A stretch of DNA of 64,000 bases, from assembly GCF_018350175.1 (NCBI RefSeq), contig NC_058368.1:18416001-18480000 (forward strand). Reading direction: 5' to 3'. This stretch comes from Felis catus (lineage: Eukaryota). A program made the position numbers and the translations under genes. This document shows, piece after piece, positions 34,749 through 49,075 of this stretch. How positions within the stretch are numbered: the first letter of the stretch is position 1; each line of letters opens with the position of its first letter. The notes beneath the pieces are model-generated. The model was not told the DNA's origin. It saw only the letters and a list, made by a program, of their open reading frames with translations, and did no database searches.

Positions 34749-36093
34749 AGGTCCTCGTGTTCACAGAGGCAGGGGGGCCTAGTGAAAGGAAGAGACAGCT
34801 AGACAGAGATTTGGGCATGGCCTTCGGGCAGGAACGCCCAGGGCTTCTCTGCTCTGCAGAGAGGTAGGGGGCACTGCACCAGGTCCCTGAGCCAAGACTC
34901 AAGAAGCGGAGGTTTTTACCTCTCTCGGCTACCCCCCTGCCCCCCCAACCCTACCGGGCAGAAGCAAGGGGTAGGCCAGCTTGCAGACTGCCCGTAGGCA
35001 AGTCCTCAGCCTGGCTCACGACTCCTCTGCGAAATGAGAGCGTGCAATTCACCAATTCTTCAGGCTCGTCATCTGACATCCTAGGGTTCCTGCAGCTGGG
35101 AAGGGGAGTGAGCTGGTTGTCGTATGGACAAGGCGGTTTGGTAGTTTGAATGCGCCATCATTTCTGGGGAGAACCGGGCATGTGCTGCGTGAGAGCCAAT
35201 GAACCGGACGACTGGAGCCAGGCTCCGCGCATGGCATGAGTCGGCTCTCTCTTTCTCCGAGGAAAAAGTTGCTTGACAAGTCAGGGCCGTACTGGGGCCA
35301 GCCGCGGGGTCGCTGTTCTCCTGGACGCTGGGCCCATCTGATTGTGTGACACTGGCAGTGTGGAGTGACCTCTTCTTTGTCACAGAGAGCCGCATGGCCT
35401 CAGGGGACACGGAGAGCCTAGCCTCTCCAGGGACGCTGCCAGGCCACCCAGGAAGCCAGAATGTTAAAAAGCTGCTACAAGAGACCAGGACAGCAGTGGC
35501 AGCGACAGCCACACACGCTTCAGCGCGAGCAGAGACCGGCTCCCCGTCTCCCTTGAGGGGGCAGCAATGTTATATGGTCCCGGCCTCCTGCCCACACCCA
35601 TTTCCTCAGGACGGAGGAGGCCCTCCCTCCACGATCACAGAGCACTTCCCGGCCTCACTCCGGCCCGTGCCGCCGCGGACGACGGGCTCGGGGTGGTAGG
35701 GCGGGCAGCTTCGCTGTGATTCTCTCGCAAGTAACTAAGAGTTGATTTTTATTTCAATAAAGCCCATTGTCAGGCTTCAAAAGACGCAGGAAACCCCACA
35801 CGTCTAAGACAGTCTCTCCGATGATCTCTGGTTTACTATTAACCACTTATCTCTCTCACACCTCGGACCATCCTGTGTCCAGGGGGTGTGACCTGGGTAG
35901 AATTAGTCTCCCCGGAGAGTCAGGAAAATGAGTCACCGAACACTGATATGGTTTATCCAGTGACACAGGGCACAACCAAACCTGAGTAGGACTCAGATGG
36001 CATCTCCAAACCCGTGAGTCAAGGTTCCTGCTCCCATAGGAGGTACGTGTTTGGCCTATTTTCTCCTGAAGTTTTTATCATATTATTGCATTT

Positions 36094-36315
36094 AAAAAAA
36101 ATTTTTTTTAATGTTTATTTTTATTTTTGAGACAGAGAGAGACAGAGCATGAGCAGGGGAGGGGCAGACAGAGAGGGAGACAGAGAATCCGAAGCAGGCT
36201 CCAGGCTCCGAGCTGTCAGCCCAGAGCCCGACGCGGGGCTTGAACCCACGAACCGTGAGATCGTGACCTGAGCCGAAGTCGGACGCTCAACAGACTGAGC
36301 CACCCAGGCGCCTCC
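36094..36315 (-). mobile_element. Can-SINE
   Basis: Full SINE body; degenerate TSD catattattgcattt / catatgagtgccttt. Confidence 0.93.
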
Positions 36316-38903
36316 ATATGAGTGCCTTTTATTTTTTCATTATTTGTCATTTCATCCTCCAAAACCTTTTATTAAAAATACATTGCATTTTTTAAATTTT
36401 ATTACCCAAGACACTGTATCTGTTCCACGTGACCAGTAAAATGTACATGTTCAAATAATTGAGAAATTATTCCCCATTTTTCCTCGTGCAATCGATGTGC
36501 ATCTGGACGGGTGGCACCGGGCACACTTAAAATAAGGAGAGATAAATAGCTCTGAGATGTGACAACATATGTATTTGCTCAAGAGTGAATGGCGCAGATC
36601 TGCGTTTCATTTTTACAGCATTTCATCAGACATATGGTAAACCGTGCTAGGTGATTTTTATTTAAAAAGTCAGCCATGCCAAATGCAGAACTGAAAGGCA
36701 CATGCAGACAGTCAGACGTCCTGGGCTCCGTGGGAACAAGATCATTCCCATTCCTGGGGATGTCATTACCGATATCTGAAGTTTTCAGAGGGATTGCCAG
36801 TTTCTGATACGTAGCTCCGCGAGCTTGGTGAAAAGCAGAGGTCCCAGCTGCCTCCGTTTAACACCCCGCCCTTCGGAGCTCAAGGCTGCAGGTAAAATGA
36901 TCCCAGGTTGAGAGCCCCCAGTTGCCTCTTCCGCTCACATCCCCCCCTCCCCCGCATCCCTTTTTCATAAGCTGCTTTTGCCAAGGAAACCAAGAGTGGG
37001 TGTCCCAGGTGGATAATTGACGATTTTAGCATCTTTCCCAGCTCCTCATTTTCCCTTTTAGTTTCCTGATTAGGTCTCAGATGAGCCTATTTGCCTGCGG
37101 GGCTGCAGAAGTGTCTGTGAAGCAAGTGTGGGAAGAGGGAGGGCCTGCTGGCACCTTCCCTGCACAGACCTGAGACGACAGGCGCCTTCTCCCGGACTGG
37201 AAACCCCTGAGGTCGGGAAATCCTGCGGGCGTCCAGCACAGCCAAGTGCCTTATGGGCGCGTCTAACTTACATGCGTGAAACTATGGGTGCTCAGCAAAA
37301 AAAGAGAAAAGAGAGAGACAGAGACATGGAGGCCGGGAAGAGGGAAGCAGGAGATCGATTTAGTATGAACTCTTTATCATTCCCTCCACAGTACTGCATG
37401 TACTATTAAATATTTATACAAGAGTATTACTGCGCAGCTTTATGTGTGCAAACCACATATACTGCTATCTACTTTCAGATGCTATAAGGTGTTTTCCATA
37501 GTGAGTTTGAGCATCCTTGATCTCTGCCTCCTCGAACTGACTTTGGGACTCAATTTCCTTAAAAGATGCAATTCCACATTTGTAGGTATAAAAGGTAGTT
37601 TAATTATGCTAAGTGACTAGAATTATTAACCCCAAAATTATTAAACTGAAGGACCCAGGGTCTGAGTTTAATGTCTGATCACAGACATTCAACAAAGAAG
37701 AAAAGGACGGAAGGGTAAGATGGGGACTTCGGTAGAAACTGGATCTGAAGTTACACCTGCCATCCCAGGAAACAAGGAGCTTACTGTGGGTGTCTTATCT
37801 CGGCCAAGGGCTAAGACAGGGCAGGAATAAAAATCTCGGGAGCACAGCAGGATCTCAGAACTCAGAATCTAAAGCGATTGTTCGTGCACAAACCCCCCCC
37901 CTCCGCCGCCGCCCGCCTTGTGATCTTCACTGCCATTGTCATCAACATTTACTGAGTGGCTTCTCAAGCCTGACAGAGGAGACTGTGGGCCAGTGTCCAG
38001 GGTGAGGGTCATGTGATTTCAAGGAACTAAGCAGTTCAAATCACAAGAGGGTTTATTACAGAAAATCGGCAAGCAGCACAGCTAGGCTTTGGGCCAACTG
38101 GGAGGTCATCGGGCAGAGAGCTCTCTGCTTCCCTGAGGCCACATCATCTCTCACTTCTGATTGACGTCCCCTCTCTGCAGGCCCGCTCAGTGCCCACTGA
38201 CCACTCGCCTGGCCAGTCCTGAAATGGAAGCCCTAGCCACCAAGTCTAGATGGCCTTCCAACTTCGGAGACTACCACCAGTTGAGGCCTGGCCTCTTGTG
38301 TCTCTTAGTTGAAATGCCTCCAACAGAAAGTAGGAGGAAGAGATATACAGAAGCAAGGCACGTCACAGGCCAGAGGCACTCTTCCACTCTGTGGTCAGAA
38401 CAGAGCTGACACACACGTTACAAGAGCAGCCACCCTGTCACCCCCTTCAGATGGGGCTGCAGGTGGGAGGGAGTCCAAATTACCCTGGGAAGGGAGTTTG
38501 GCCACAGCAGGGCAGTAGGCCAACACAGCCGCTAGAGTCAAGAACAGAGGCACCTCAGGGGATGACCAGAAGGCTCCAAGACTAAGGAAATTCTAGAGCA
38601 CCTCCTGAAATGAACAAATTGACACTCTCTACATACTCAATAATAATAGAATATTTATTGACTTTTTCCAAAGCGCAAATATCTGGGCTTTTCATCTTTT
38701 CCCATGTTCTAAGTATTGTGCAAATGCTGACAGGCATTATCGCATTTAATCCCCACGATCCTATGAAGTATTACTACCCCAAATTACAGTTAAGGGATCT
38801 GAGTCTCAGAGAGGATAATGATCTTGCCCAAATTTACAGAGTCAGTAAGTGGCAAAACAGGGACACAAACCCAGAACCTGATTACCTACCTCTATGAGTT
38901 TTA

Positions 38904-39119
38904 TAAATTTTTTTTTCAACGTTTATTTATTTTTGGGACAGAGAGAGACAGAGCATGAACAGGGGAGGGGCAGAGAGAGAGGGGGACACAGAATCGGAAA
39001 CAGGCTCCAGGCTCTGAGCCATCAGCCCAGAGCCCGACGCGGGGCTCGAACTCACGGATCGCGAGATCGTGACCTGGCCGAAGTCGGGCACTTAACCGAC
39101 TGCGCCACCCAGGCGCCCC
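38904..39119 (-). mobile_element. Young felid Can-SINE
   Basis: Perfect TSD tctatgagtttta; CpG-rich. Confidence 0.95.
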
Positions 39120-40353
39120 TCTATGAGTTTTAGTATAGGTTTCCTTTTATTTGGCCTAGTTTCTTTGAGGGCTTAAATAAAGAGGGAATAAACTAAACTT
39201 CACAGCATTTCTACAGTCTTCTCTAAAAAGTTCGTAAAAGAAGATACAGGTACTATCATTCATATTGAAGGTTCTCTAAAATTTAGTGTCACAAAGATTT
39301 TTATAATGTTCGACCTAAATGTCCAGAAAGCACTTAAAACTTACATCATTAATATCATCAGAAATCAGCTACCTGAACACCTGATATGTGCAAACTCCTG
39401 CCCCGGCAAGGAGGCTAGGGAAGATTGAAAAGGTCAGAATCCTGTCCACTGCACAATGTCCCTTCAGGCACCAAAGTCATTGGGTTCCCTGCCTTCTTTC
39501 ATTTCTACAGGAGAAACTGAAGGACTGTAGTTCCCCCAGTCCCACCTTCCAGTCTCTGAATCATTTTCATCTGCCTTCTCTGGATTTTCTCCAAATCCTT
39601 TCTTGATCACTTCGCCTTACCTAAGAGGTGAGGCCAGAAGGAATGTAGTCCTCTAAGAGAGATCTGACAGAAGCTGGTCAGGGTGAGATGGTCAGCTTAA
39701 AGTTCCCTCATGGTGAACGCTCATATGAATTCCAGTGCTCTAATTGCCTTTTTCTTAATAAGAGCAAAACACAGCTGGCTTAATGTTTAGCTTGTGTACC
39801 ACTACAGACCCTGGCTTTTTTTCTTCCATACTTGCATGTTGCCGGCTCCTTCCTGGCCTGTTTTTGTGGTGTTCTCTTCATTCCCACACAAATTTCCCAG
39901 CCCTGTCTCCATTACGTGGCGTCCTGTTTTAAACCTTTCACCTTCAGCAACTGGCCAGAAACACTTCTGATTTTAATTTTCTGTTTTATTTATTTTTTCT
40001 TTCTTTCTTGCCATAGACTCTTTTAAATTTGGAGGCTTTTTAGAAACGACTAGTTCTATCTAGTCCTGTGCCTTACAGGGGACCCGTAGCTGCCCATTTC
40101 ATCTTTAAAAAGCAGCAAGGAAGGAGAAACCACAATTTCTTTCAGTAAGCAGTGTTCGGGAGAGGAGTATCTGTAATGTGCCAAGCAGTGGATTCGGTAC
40201 TTTAAATACATTTTTAAATTAATTTCTTGAAATGTCCTGGTGATCTGGGCTTTATCATTAGAATTTCACAGATGGGGAAGCTAAAGATCAGAGAGAGAGA
40301 TTGAAGTCACTTGTCTAAGTCCACAATATCAACAAGAAGTAGAATGGGAATTT

Positions 40354-40532
40354 TTTTATCTCTTTTATTATATGAAATTTATTGTCAAATTGGTTTCCAT
40401 ACAACACCCAGTGCTCATCCCAAAAGATGCCCTCTTCAATGCCCATCACCCCCCCTCCCCTCCCTCCCACCCCCCATCAACCCTCAGTTTGTTCTCAGGT
40501 TTTAAGAGTCTCTTATGCTTTGGCTCTCTCTC
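40354..40532 (-). mobile_element. 5'-truncated felid L1 3' end inserted in a MIR
   Basis: Reverse complement of the same family as 815-978; TSD tagaatgggaattt / tagagtgggaattt. Confidence 0.9.
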
Positions 40533-40994
40533 TAGAGTGGGAATTTAAACACAGTTTGGCCTCCAAAAGTGGTCTCCAAAGGCCGTGCTTATTAATCCTT
40601 TTCTACGTTTACTCTTTCTCACTATCAGAACATTTCTCTTTGGCGGACTTAGGTTTTTGTTTTCTGTTTTTTGTTTTTAAATCTTAGCTCTATCATCAAT
40701 GTGTCGTCAGATGGGTCAGGTAAATCATTCCACCTCCTTGTGTTTGTTTTCTCACCTTAACAACAGGGATAATAACATTCATCTTACCTGCCCCGTAAGT
40801 AAGGATCCACGTCAAAGTACTTTGGAAAACGTATAGCCTAAACAAGTGTGAGTTTATTGTTATGGTTGTTATTACTGATCTTGAGCATGGCCCAACGTGG
40901 GGCTCAGAAGGCCGCTCCTAAGGATTTGAGGCTACTCATGTGGGCAAAGAAATGGATTTGTTAGAAGAGATATGTGACTCTCCTAATAAAGTAC

Positions 40995-41540
40995 CATATC
41001 AGTTGAGATATTTCCATCTGCCAGGATGAAATACCCCTGACTCAACTGCCACAAACAACCAGGGAAGTATTCACACGCTAAGAAGTTCCAACTCAGGGCA
41101 GCTCCAACGTGAGTTAATTCATGGGCTCCTTGAGGTCATCCGTAGCCAAAGGTCCTTCTGTCTTTCAGCTCCGCCCTCCTCAACAGGTTGGCTGGTGTTC
41201 ATGCTAACTCATTTCATGGAAGCAAGATGGCAGTCACTAGCACCATATGTAAGCACCTACAACCAGCAGAAGATGGAGGTGCCCACCTCTTCCTGGTGGT
41301 CTCAATTTATAAGCAAAACAAATCTTTGCCAGGCACTATCACCTCCCAGCAGACATTCTTTCCCATCTCACTGGGCAAAACTGCACCACATGCTCTCGCC
41401 TGCATAGAACATGGGATGACCGGGACCGATTTCCTGAAACATTTGGCCGTGGTTGGGCAGGTGGGTTATCCGAATAAAACCAAGCTTCTGCTAATAAGGG
41501 TGAAAGGGAGAATCGCTGTTGGTAAGCAACCAACAATTTC
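40995..41540 (-). mobile_element. Old MLT1 (J/K-like) LTR
   Basis: gtctttcagctccgccctcctcaac...caagatggcag...cccagcagacattctttcccatctcactgggcaaaactg...gagaatcgctgttggtaagcaaccaaca. Confidence 0.65.
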
Positions 41541-42363
41541 TGCTTTAGAAAATGAATTAAATCCATTGAGTAGAATTGATGCTGGTCTCTCCAATGGTCA
41601 GGGAATGTCTAAAAGAGAAGCCAGCACAGTGTTCTCCCCTCCTCCCCACCCCCCACTTTCATTTAATTGCAGCCCGGTTCTAGTTTAAAGTATTCAATTT
41701 CATTCCACATTCACAGACTTTCAGATCCTTCTTCTGTCTCCCTGGGTCTCTCACTTTCTCTTTATTTTGGATACAGCTTGTAGTAATCAGTGCCAGAATG
41801 CTGAAGGGCTGCTAACGTTTTCTTTTCTAGGCTTTCCCAAGTGAAACAGAGAAAAGAGCTTTAGGATGGGAAGGCTCTTCAACTGGCCTTCATTAAACTA
41901 AGCTGGAAGTTTCTCTGTGTCTCCTTTCCAAATCACATCACCCTCAGCAAGACAAATGGTTATTACCTTCCCAGCAGATTTAGTCTCTAATGAACAATAT
42001 CCCTCCTGTATTCCAGAAGAGAAGACACTTGTTCTGAAAGAGCAGCGTGGAGTCACTTGGTGTGCGGGCATTTCTGGATTTAGTTCAGTGGTCTGTGAAT
42101 CACAGCGATTGGTGCCTTCCAGGAGAAAAGCTCTAACAGTCCAGATGAACCTCAAGGTTAATTATATAACAAGAAGTAATCACTGTTCAGAAGTAATTAT
42201 CGGGTTGTGCACCCATAGATGCTGAGTCTCAACTCAAGAATATTTTTAGCTTTGGAGTCCACTGGCTTTTCCTGTCTTTCTCTCCCTCTGTTTACCCTAA
42301 AATTAACATTAATCAACATTTGGCTCCAAGCACACTGTGTTTCTAACCATGTAATTATAACAA

Positions 42364-42489
<126 letters not shown>

Positions 42490-43183
42490 GTTTGACCTTA
42501 AATACCCAGCTTCTCTCTCTGAGTCAAGATCAGTGTTTGCAGCAGTGAGCTTATCAGGTGCTGGAATCCAGGGATACTTTAAAGAGAAACCTGTCTCCAA
42601 TTCTATGTGTTCACAACACAGAGATTGCCATAGCCCACACTTGCAGGAAATTTCACCCAATGGAGCTGAGAGGAACATATTTAGGCGTTGTGTTATGGGG
42701 AAATTATATGGCACAAAAGCAATAATATTTCAATTATTGCCACTTAGAGACCACCAAAATAGTTATAAGCAGGGACAGACGAGCTTGGAGATCTAGTCAT
42801 TTTCTAAACGTCTTAAAAACCACACGAAAACCTCAAACTGGATGCCATTCCTTGGCTTTCTGATGCTAATTCTTGTGACTGTGGTTAGGAGTGTCTCAAA
42901 ACACTAGTAAGAAAATTTCTTTTCCTTACTCTCTGACCAAGAGAAGAACATGAAGACGCTGTGTAACCTCCAGCATTGGGCAGACATCGCTCTTCCCTGC
43001 ACCAAAAGATAAATCCGGTAATGGACTTGGCTCCCCAGCTTATAAGGGTTAGGAAAATAACAATGAAGCAATTTATTGGTAATCAAAAACTGGAACGCTT
43101 AGAGCTTGTTTGCAGGGTTTAGCACTATTAAGGAGTGTTCCTTAATATATAAGGCTCCTTTTTAAATATAATTCATTTAATTT

Positions 43184-43361
43184 GGGGCACCTGGGTGGCT
43201 CAGTCATTAAAGTGTCTGACTCTTGGTTTCAGCTCAGGTCATGATCTTACAGTTGTGAGAGATAGAGCCCTGCATTGGGCTCTGCACTGACAGTGTGGAG
43301 CCTGCTTAGGATTCTCTCCCTTCTCTCTCTCTCTCTCTCAAAGTAAATATACTTAAAAAAA
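43184..43361 (+). mobile_element. Can-SINE (short older variant)
   Basis: ggggcacctgggtggctcagtc...CT tract, A tail; TSD-like ataattca. Confidence 0.9.
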
Positions 43362-46300
43362 TAATTCAAAAGTATCCTCAAAAGCACTCTCAAAAATATC
43401 CTGATTTGAATGACAAAATATATTGTCACTCTAATCATAGGTCAAGGTCAGAACCCAATCTTACAAGTCTTGGTCCAAGGCCATTGCAGCCGCACCTCTA
43501 ACAGTTAGTGAAACTGCAGGCCATTGACCAGTAAAATGCATCCTTCTCTGGCTCATCCATGAACTACAGCAAGTGACAAACTAAGTCTCAGACACTCACT
43601 TGGGAAGAAGAATCCCTTCCTGCTATTGGAGGTTTCTTCAAAGGTGACTCTTGCTTCTCACTCAGCATACCCAAAGCCACCCAGAGTGGCCCAAACTTCT
43701 CGATGTCAAATACTACTTAAAAATACCCAGCCCTAATCGCTTCTGGCTGAACTGACCCATCCAAAATGAACACTCTACCCTTCAGCTCCCCTAATCCCAG
43801 GCCAGTTATTCTTTTTAGTACTAAATTTACCTCCTTCTCATACCAAACTTCTGTTATTATTTACCGTAAAATCCAGAAATTGGACATTGGTGTTCTGATT
43901 CTAAGGTAAGTGAAAAATTGAACCCATATTAGACCAAAAAAATAAAAGTCTTCAGAAAATAAGACAAAAGTTTTGTTCATCACAAAGTTCAGGGATAGAA
44001 TCACTAACTGGAGGAAATGAAAGTCATATTTTAAGATCCTCATTTCAAGATGAAACTTTGCCCGCACTTAGACTAGTTATGCCTTCTACATTTTTTTTTT
44101 CCTATTCAAGGAAGGAAGGGAGGGAGGGAGAGAGAAAGAGAAAGCAAGTTGATGTTTGAGAATAATCTTGAGCTCTTAGGGAAAAAAAAAACAGAGAAAC
44201 TCAATATTTACTTTTAAAGACTCAATTTTATGAGCTCGGTTTCCTTTATTTTTCTGTACTCAGTCTAATCTTGAATGGCTTTCTCTCCACCTGACTCCCT
44301 CTAGGAAGAATGTAGTTAAAATAAACCCCAGAGGGGGACCGGGTCCTGCTCCTACCGAGATGGCTCTTCTCACCCTGAGTGTGTGCATCTTTGGTTCATT
44401 TTCCTACCGAGTGTTTGCAAATGTGCTTGTGGCTAAGGAATTACACTGTTTAGGGTCGATTTGGGGATTATCTCCATTGTGAAAACTATTGTACCTTTCC
44501 CTTCGGGAATCATCTACTCCTCCAGAGAGGGCACTTCCTCGGGCAGGCAGTGTTCCTGCCTCTTCACAAAGCCCACCCTATTCTCTGACTGGTCTCACTG
44601 CCCGTGGAAGGCTTCCCACGTATTGCCCGGCAGCTCCCTCCCTGCACCCTGGGTGATGCCGGTGACAGAGCAGACATGCCCGGGCGGGCCTCTTGCCGCA
44701 CTAAACAGAGACCGGCACCGACAGTTCGGACGTCTCCTCTGAGCTGCCTGAGGGCCCCTTCCGCAGGAGAGGGGCAAGCGGAGGGTCACCCGAGTCTCTT
44801 AGGGTAACGAGATGAGCACAGAAACTGAGAAGACCCGAGTTCTGCCATTTACCAGCTGTGGCGTGCGGGGCAACTCTCACAGTCATTGTTGAATATGAAA
44901 TGGCCTCCCGGGCGGATAATGTCCACTACCACTCCTGCCCACAGCCACCACCGGCTTCCCCTCGCAGGCCACAGCTGCTGTGGCTGCCGTGCTCATGGTA
45001 TCTCAGTCCCTCCAACCACCTGGCAGAGAGGACATTGTTATCTCCACTTGACACAGCAAGAAAACAGACCCAGGGGCACCGTCACCACGCGGCACAAGGG
45101 AGTTCGCACTTGGGCTGGGTTCCATCCAGTCTTTCAGACTCCAGATCCAGGCTCCATCCATCAGAACGCGTGGCCTCCTCTCCGAGGGTTGGTGGGAGGA
45201 TCAATAAAACAACACAGGGCAACACGCCTAGGAAACTCCCTCCGGGCCACACAGAGCTGCCCTTGGTTCCCAATCCACTTCTTTTCCGTCCCCATCTCCC
45301 TTGCCCACATCCCGTTCTCCCTAGGCACTTGACAGCCTGAAGGCCAAGGTAGGGCACCACACAAATGTGTTCTGTTTCCGTGAGATCCCACAGCCAGGCG
45401 CTCCGCAAAGACAGCGGGAGAAACAAAGCCAGAACGCTCTGCGCCAGAAATTCTTGGAGCACAATCGTCCCACAGGTCAGTCAGAGAGGCCAACCTAACA
45501 ACTCTCAGTGCGGGTGCCGCTGATTTGTTAGGTCCCGTCTCCCCGTCCCCTGCTCTAGCCGAGCCGGGCAAACATGTCTTCACCCAGTTACTTTCCCTCT
45601 TCTCGACTTTATCCCTATTATCTCAATTACCATCCCCAAAGAGGCCCCACAAACGAAGGAGGGGTTGGAACCACAATGGTCAACATCATACTTAATAATA
45701 ACAATTATATAATTATATATCTCTCATATAATAATATGTAATTGCCCAATAATTACTATTAAACAGTGCAGTGGTGACCACTGAGGTTCCAGAACCCTTT
45801 AATTATTGTTATCGCTGATAATGAAGCAGAAGATCATTCTCTAACACAGTTTCTCAGTATCACAGGCGCTTCTTCTCTTCTGAGCTCCCGAACGTCTATG
45901 TCTTTATGCTTTCACTCTTTGGCTGAGGTCTCACAGCTCAGGCCTGAGAACTCTGGGTCCCCATGCATGTTACAAGCCAATCTCACTACGTATTTCCTCC
46001 TTCATCTCCAAGTCCCAGACAGTACCTGGAGAAGACGGGGAAATCTCACATCAAAATAAGTAGAATGAGACCATGCCCCGGCTTCTTCCCAACTTGCTTT
46101 GAGATGCTCGGAAAGCGAGCAAATCTGGATAACTCTGGGGTAGAATTAAAACCAAGTCCTGAGTTATATTGACTTTATAGTCTCAGACAATTCAGTCTCG
46201 CTGATCTGATGTATGCCTTCCTGAGGGTGCAAATACTGAATTTCATCTTTCCTTTGTTGGACTCCAACTTTGACACATCTTTTTGGGAGGTGGGTAGGTA

Positions 46301-48607
46301 GAGGGGATGCCAGGACAGCATAAGAATTTCTTTTTGAAAAATGTTTATGCTAAAATTGACACAAGAATAGTGAATTATTTGGCTAAAAACTGTACAACAG
46401 ACTTCTAAGCTCCATCTCTGTATTTTCCAGACTGCAAGCAGATCGCCAGAAAATTTATCACGAGGTCTACAAGCTAATACAAAAAAAATTTCCCTTTCCT
46501 GGTTGACACTTGACCCCTTCTCGTTCCTGCCTGGTTTTTAAGGCAGGGCAGTAACTAAAATCAGCCCCATACCTAGAGGCTAAGAGATTATAGATAAATG
46601 AGACCATGAAGGCTAAGGCAAATGAAAATAATGTGAATTCATTTCCTTCAAACTAAATTTAGCTCTTTTTAAAAAAGAGACAAGAGCAAGTGATTTTTCT
46701 ATGCATCCTGATGAGCCATAAAACAACAAATGTTTTTCCACCTTCATCTACTAGCTTACCACTAAGAGGCCGATCCTTTTAGCAGATAAGCATCTAAATT
46801 ATCCCCCAAACCTGAAGGAATACTGCAGGAAGGTGACAGAATTTGGAATATGAAACGGTTTTTGAGGTCGTTAGAGCACTCTGCTTGTTACTCCCGGAAG
46901 AAGGTGTTGTAAGCCCGGAACATAATCAATGACAAGTGCCTGAGTGTTGTGCGTGGGACTCACCCCTCCTCCATGCCAGAGGATGAATGGCGGACGCTCA
47001 CAGCTCTTCTCTCGCATGCGTTCTCCATGTTCATGCCACCCCTCTTCTCTGTCACAAAGTCAACCTGCGCCTCACACACGGGGCAGTGACACAGAGCCCT
47101 TAGTGTCCATCCTGGTTGGGGGGCTGAAGTAGCCCATGCCCATGGCTCTGTGCCACTGGGCATCTGAGCTCGCCGGATGCAAACCCAAGCCTCAGCATCA
47201 TGTCTCCCTCTCAGGGTGGAGGGTTGGGATAGCCTGAGCTCTAGAGCAAATGAAGGCACACTCCCGCTCAAAATCTTTTGCCAAATTTCTAATGGGTATA
47301 GGAGGAGACCTGAACCCACTGTGGCTCAGTAGGCTCTCTGTGAACGGTCTCCAATGTCAGCCGACAGTGCTCTTATCCCCAGTCATGACACCTGTTGACA
47401 CCAGCCTTCAAGCCCCTTGCTGCTTTAGAGCCTTTGCGTGCCCCCAGAATGTTCTTCCTTTTACTCTTCGTCAAGCTAACTCCCACTCACCCTCACTTTC
47501 AACTTGAAAGTCATTTCCTCCGAGACAACTCCCGCGTGCCACCCCATCTCAGAACGCCCCGGGTGTGTGTACTTGTAAACTATCCTTCACAAGGTTTCCT
47601 TAATACGTTATCAAAAAGACACCTAAAAAAAATTACAAACTTCACTGCCTGTTCCCCCCCCCCCCCACTTCACTGCAAGCTTCATGAGCAGACAGAGGTA
47701 GTGTTTTGTTCCTTTTTGATTTCCCCAGTGTTAGGCAGGTCGGAATTCACAAATAATGGTGGGATAAGTGAGTGAATTCAGCAAACGCAATGACCAGGAT
47801 ATTTCGAGTCCCATCCAATGAGACTCCCCAGAAAATCCATGAGGAGGAGCTACCACAATAGGATAAACAAAGCGTCGGCACGTGGGGGTCCAGCTCTGGA
47901 CCACCTACCCCCGGCGTGCAGAAGAGCCCATCAGGTCAGCATTCCACACACCCCACTAGTACCGGGATGGCCAGGGAACTCGACCTGATGTGGTATCTGA
48001 AAGGAAGTCCCCACAGACCCTGGATTATCCGGCACAGCCTTCACGTCAAGCGCTTAGCATTTCATTCTCAGAAACCATCATAAAGTCCTAAAACTGCTAT
48101 TCCTCTAGCCTCCACACTACATCTTCCAGTATCTCTCCCACCCAGAGACAGCAAGGGCGGGGGGGGGAAGGAATCCTTTGTGAATCATAAGTCCCTATTT
48201 TTGGTCTAGAAACTATGAACACAGAGCTCACATGTGTGTCAACCTCAAAAGTTAGGGAGGTGTTCCAAAATACCCTCCCTTCCCTCAGTAACCTACTGCA
48301 AGTATGTAATTTACTACTTTATTTATAGCATTGACATAACTATATTTTTAATCTCTGCTAAAGCTTAGGGATAATGAGTTCCATACGTTTGCTACCTGCT
48401 GCATGAAGTTGTAATTTTACAAACTTCTCTGAAACTCATGTTCTTTAAAGCTTCAAGCCGCTTAGGTCTCTAATAATCTGTTTATCAGGCAGGGAGGGTC
48501 CTGTTTGTTCTCTTGTCCTTGCCACCCCTCCCCCCTCCCCACCGAGCTCATCGTCTAGACATGATTTGTTCGGCTCTCTCGTGTCCTGTAGCTGCTGCTG
48601 CTGCTGC

Positions 48608-48820
48608 TTTTTTGTTTGTTTGTTTTAATATTTAGTTATTTGGGGGAGAGCGCAAGCCGGGGAGGGACAGAGAGAGGAGGACAGAGGATTGCAAGCGGGT
48701 TCTGCTCTGACAGGCTGACAGCAGCGAGCCCCATGCGGGGCTCGAACTCATGAACCGTGAGATCATGCATGACCTGAGCCCAAGTCAAATACTCAACCGA
48801 CTGAGCCACCCAGGTGCCTC
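48608..48820 (-). mobile_element. Can-SINE with (CTG)n at the tail junction
   Basis: SINE body; TSD tctcgtgtcctgtagct / tcttgtgtcctataact. Confidence 0.9.
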
Positions 48821-48923
48821 TCTTGTGTCCTATAACTTCTTTATGGCCAGTCCCTTTCTTAATTGGCTTGCTTTACAAAGAAACGTTAAGAAAAGTAAGA
48901 TCCCTCTCTAATGCTGGAAGACC

Positions 48924-49075
48924 CTGGCCACGTTTCAAAGCATTGCCCGGACTGGCAACAGCGACATTACCCGGAGTGTGTTAGAAATGCAGAATTCCAG
49001 GCCCACCCAGGTTCTGAACCAGAACCTGTGTTTTAACAAGAACAGCGCACATTAAAGTTTAAGTAGCTGCTTTAG
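48924..49075. mobile_element. MER5A-like hAT relic
   Basis: ggcaacagcgacattacccggagtgtgttagaaatgcagaattccaggccc...tgttttaacaag...aaagtttaagtagctgc. Confidence 0.75.
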
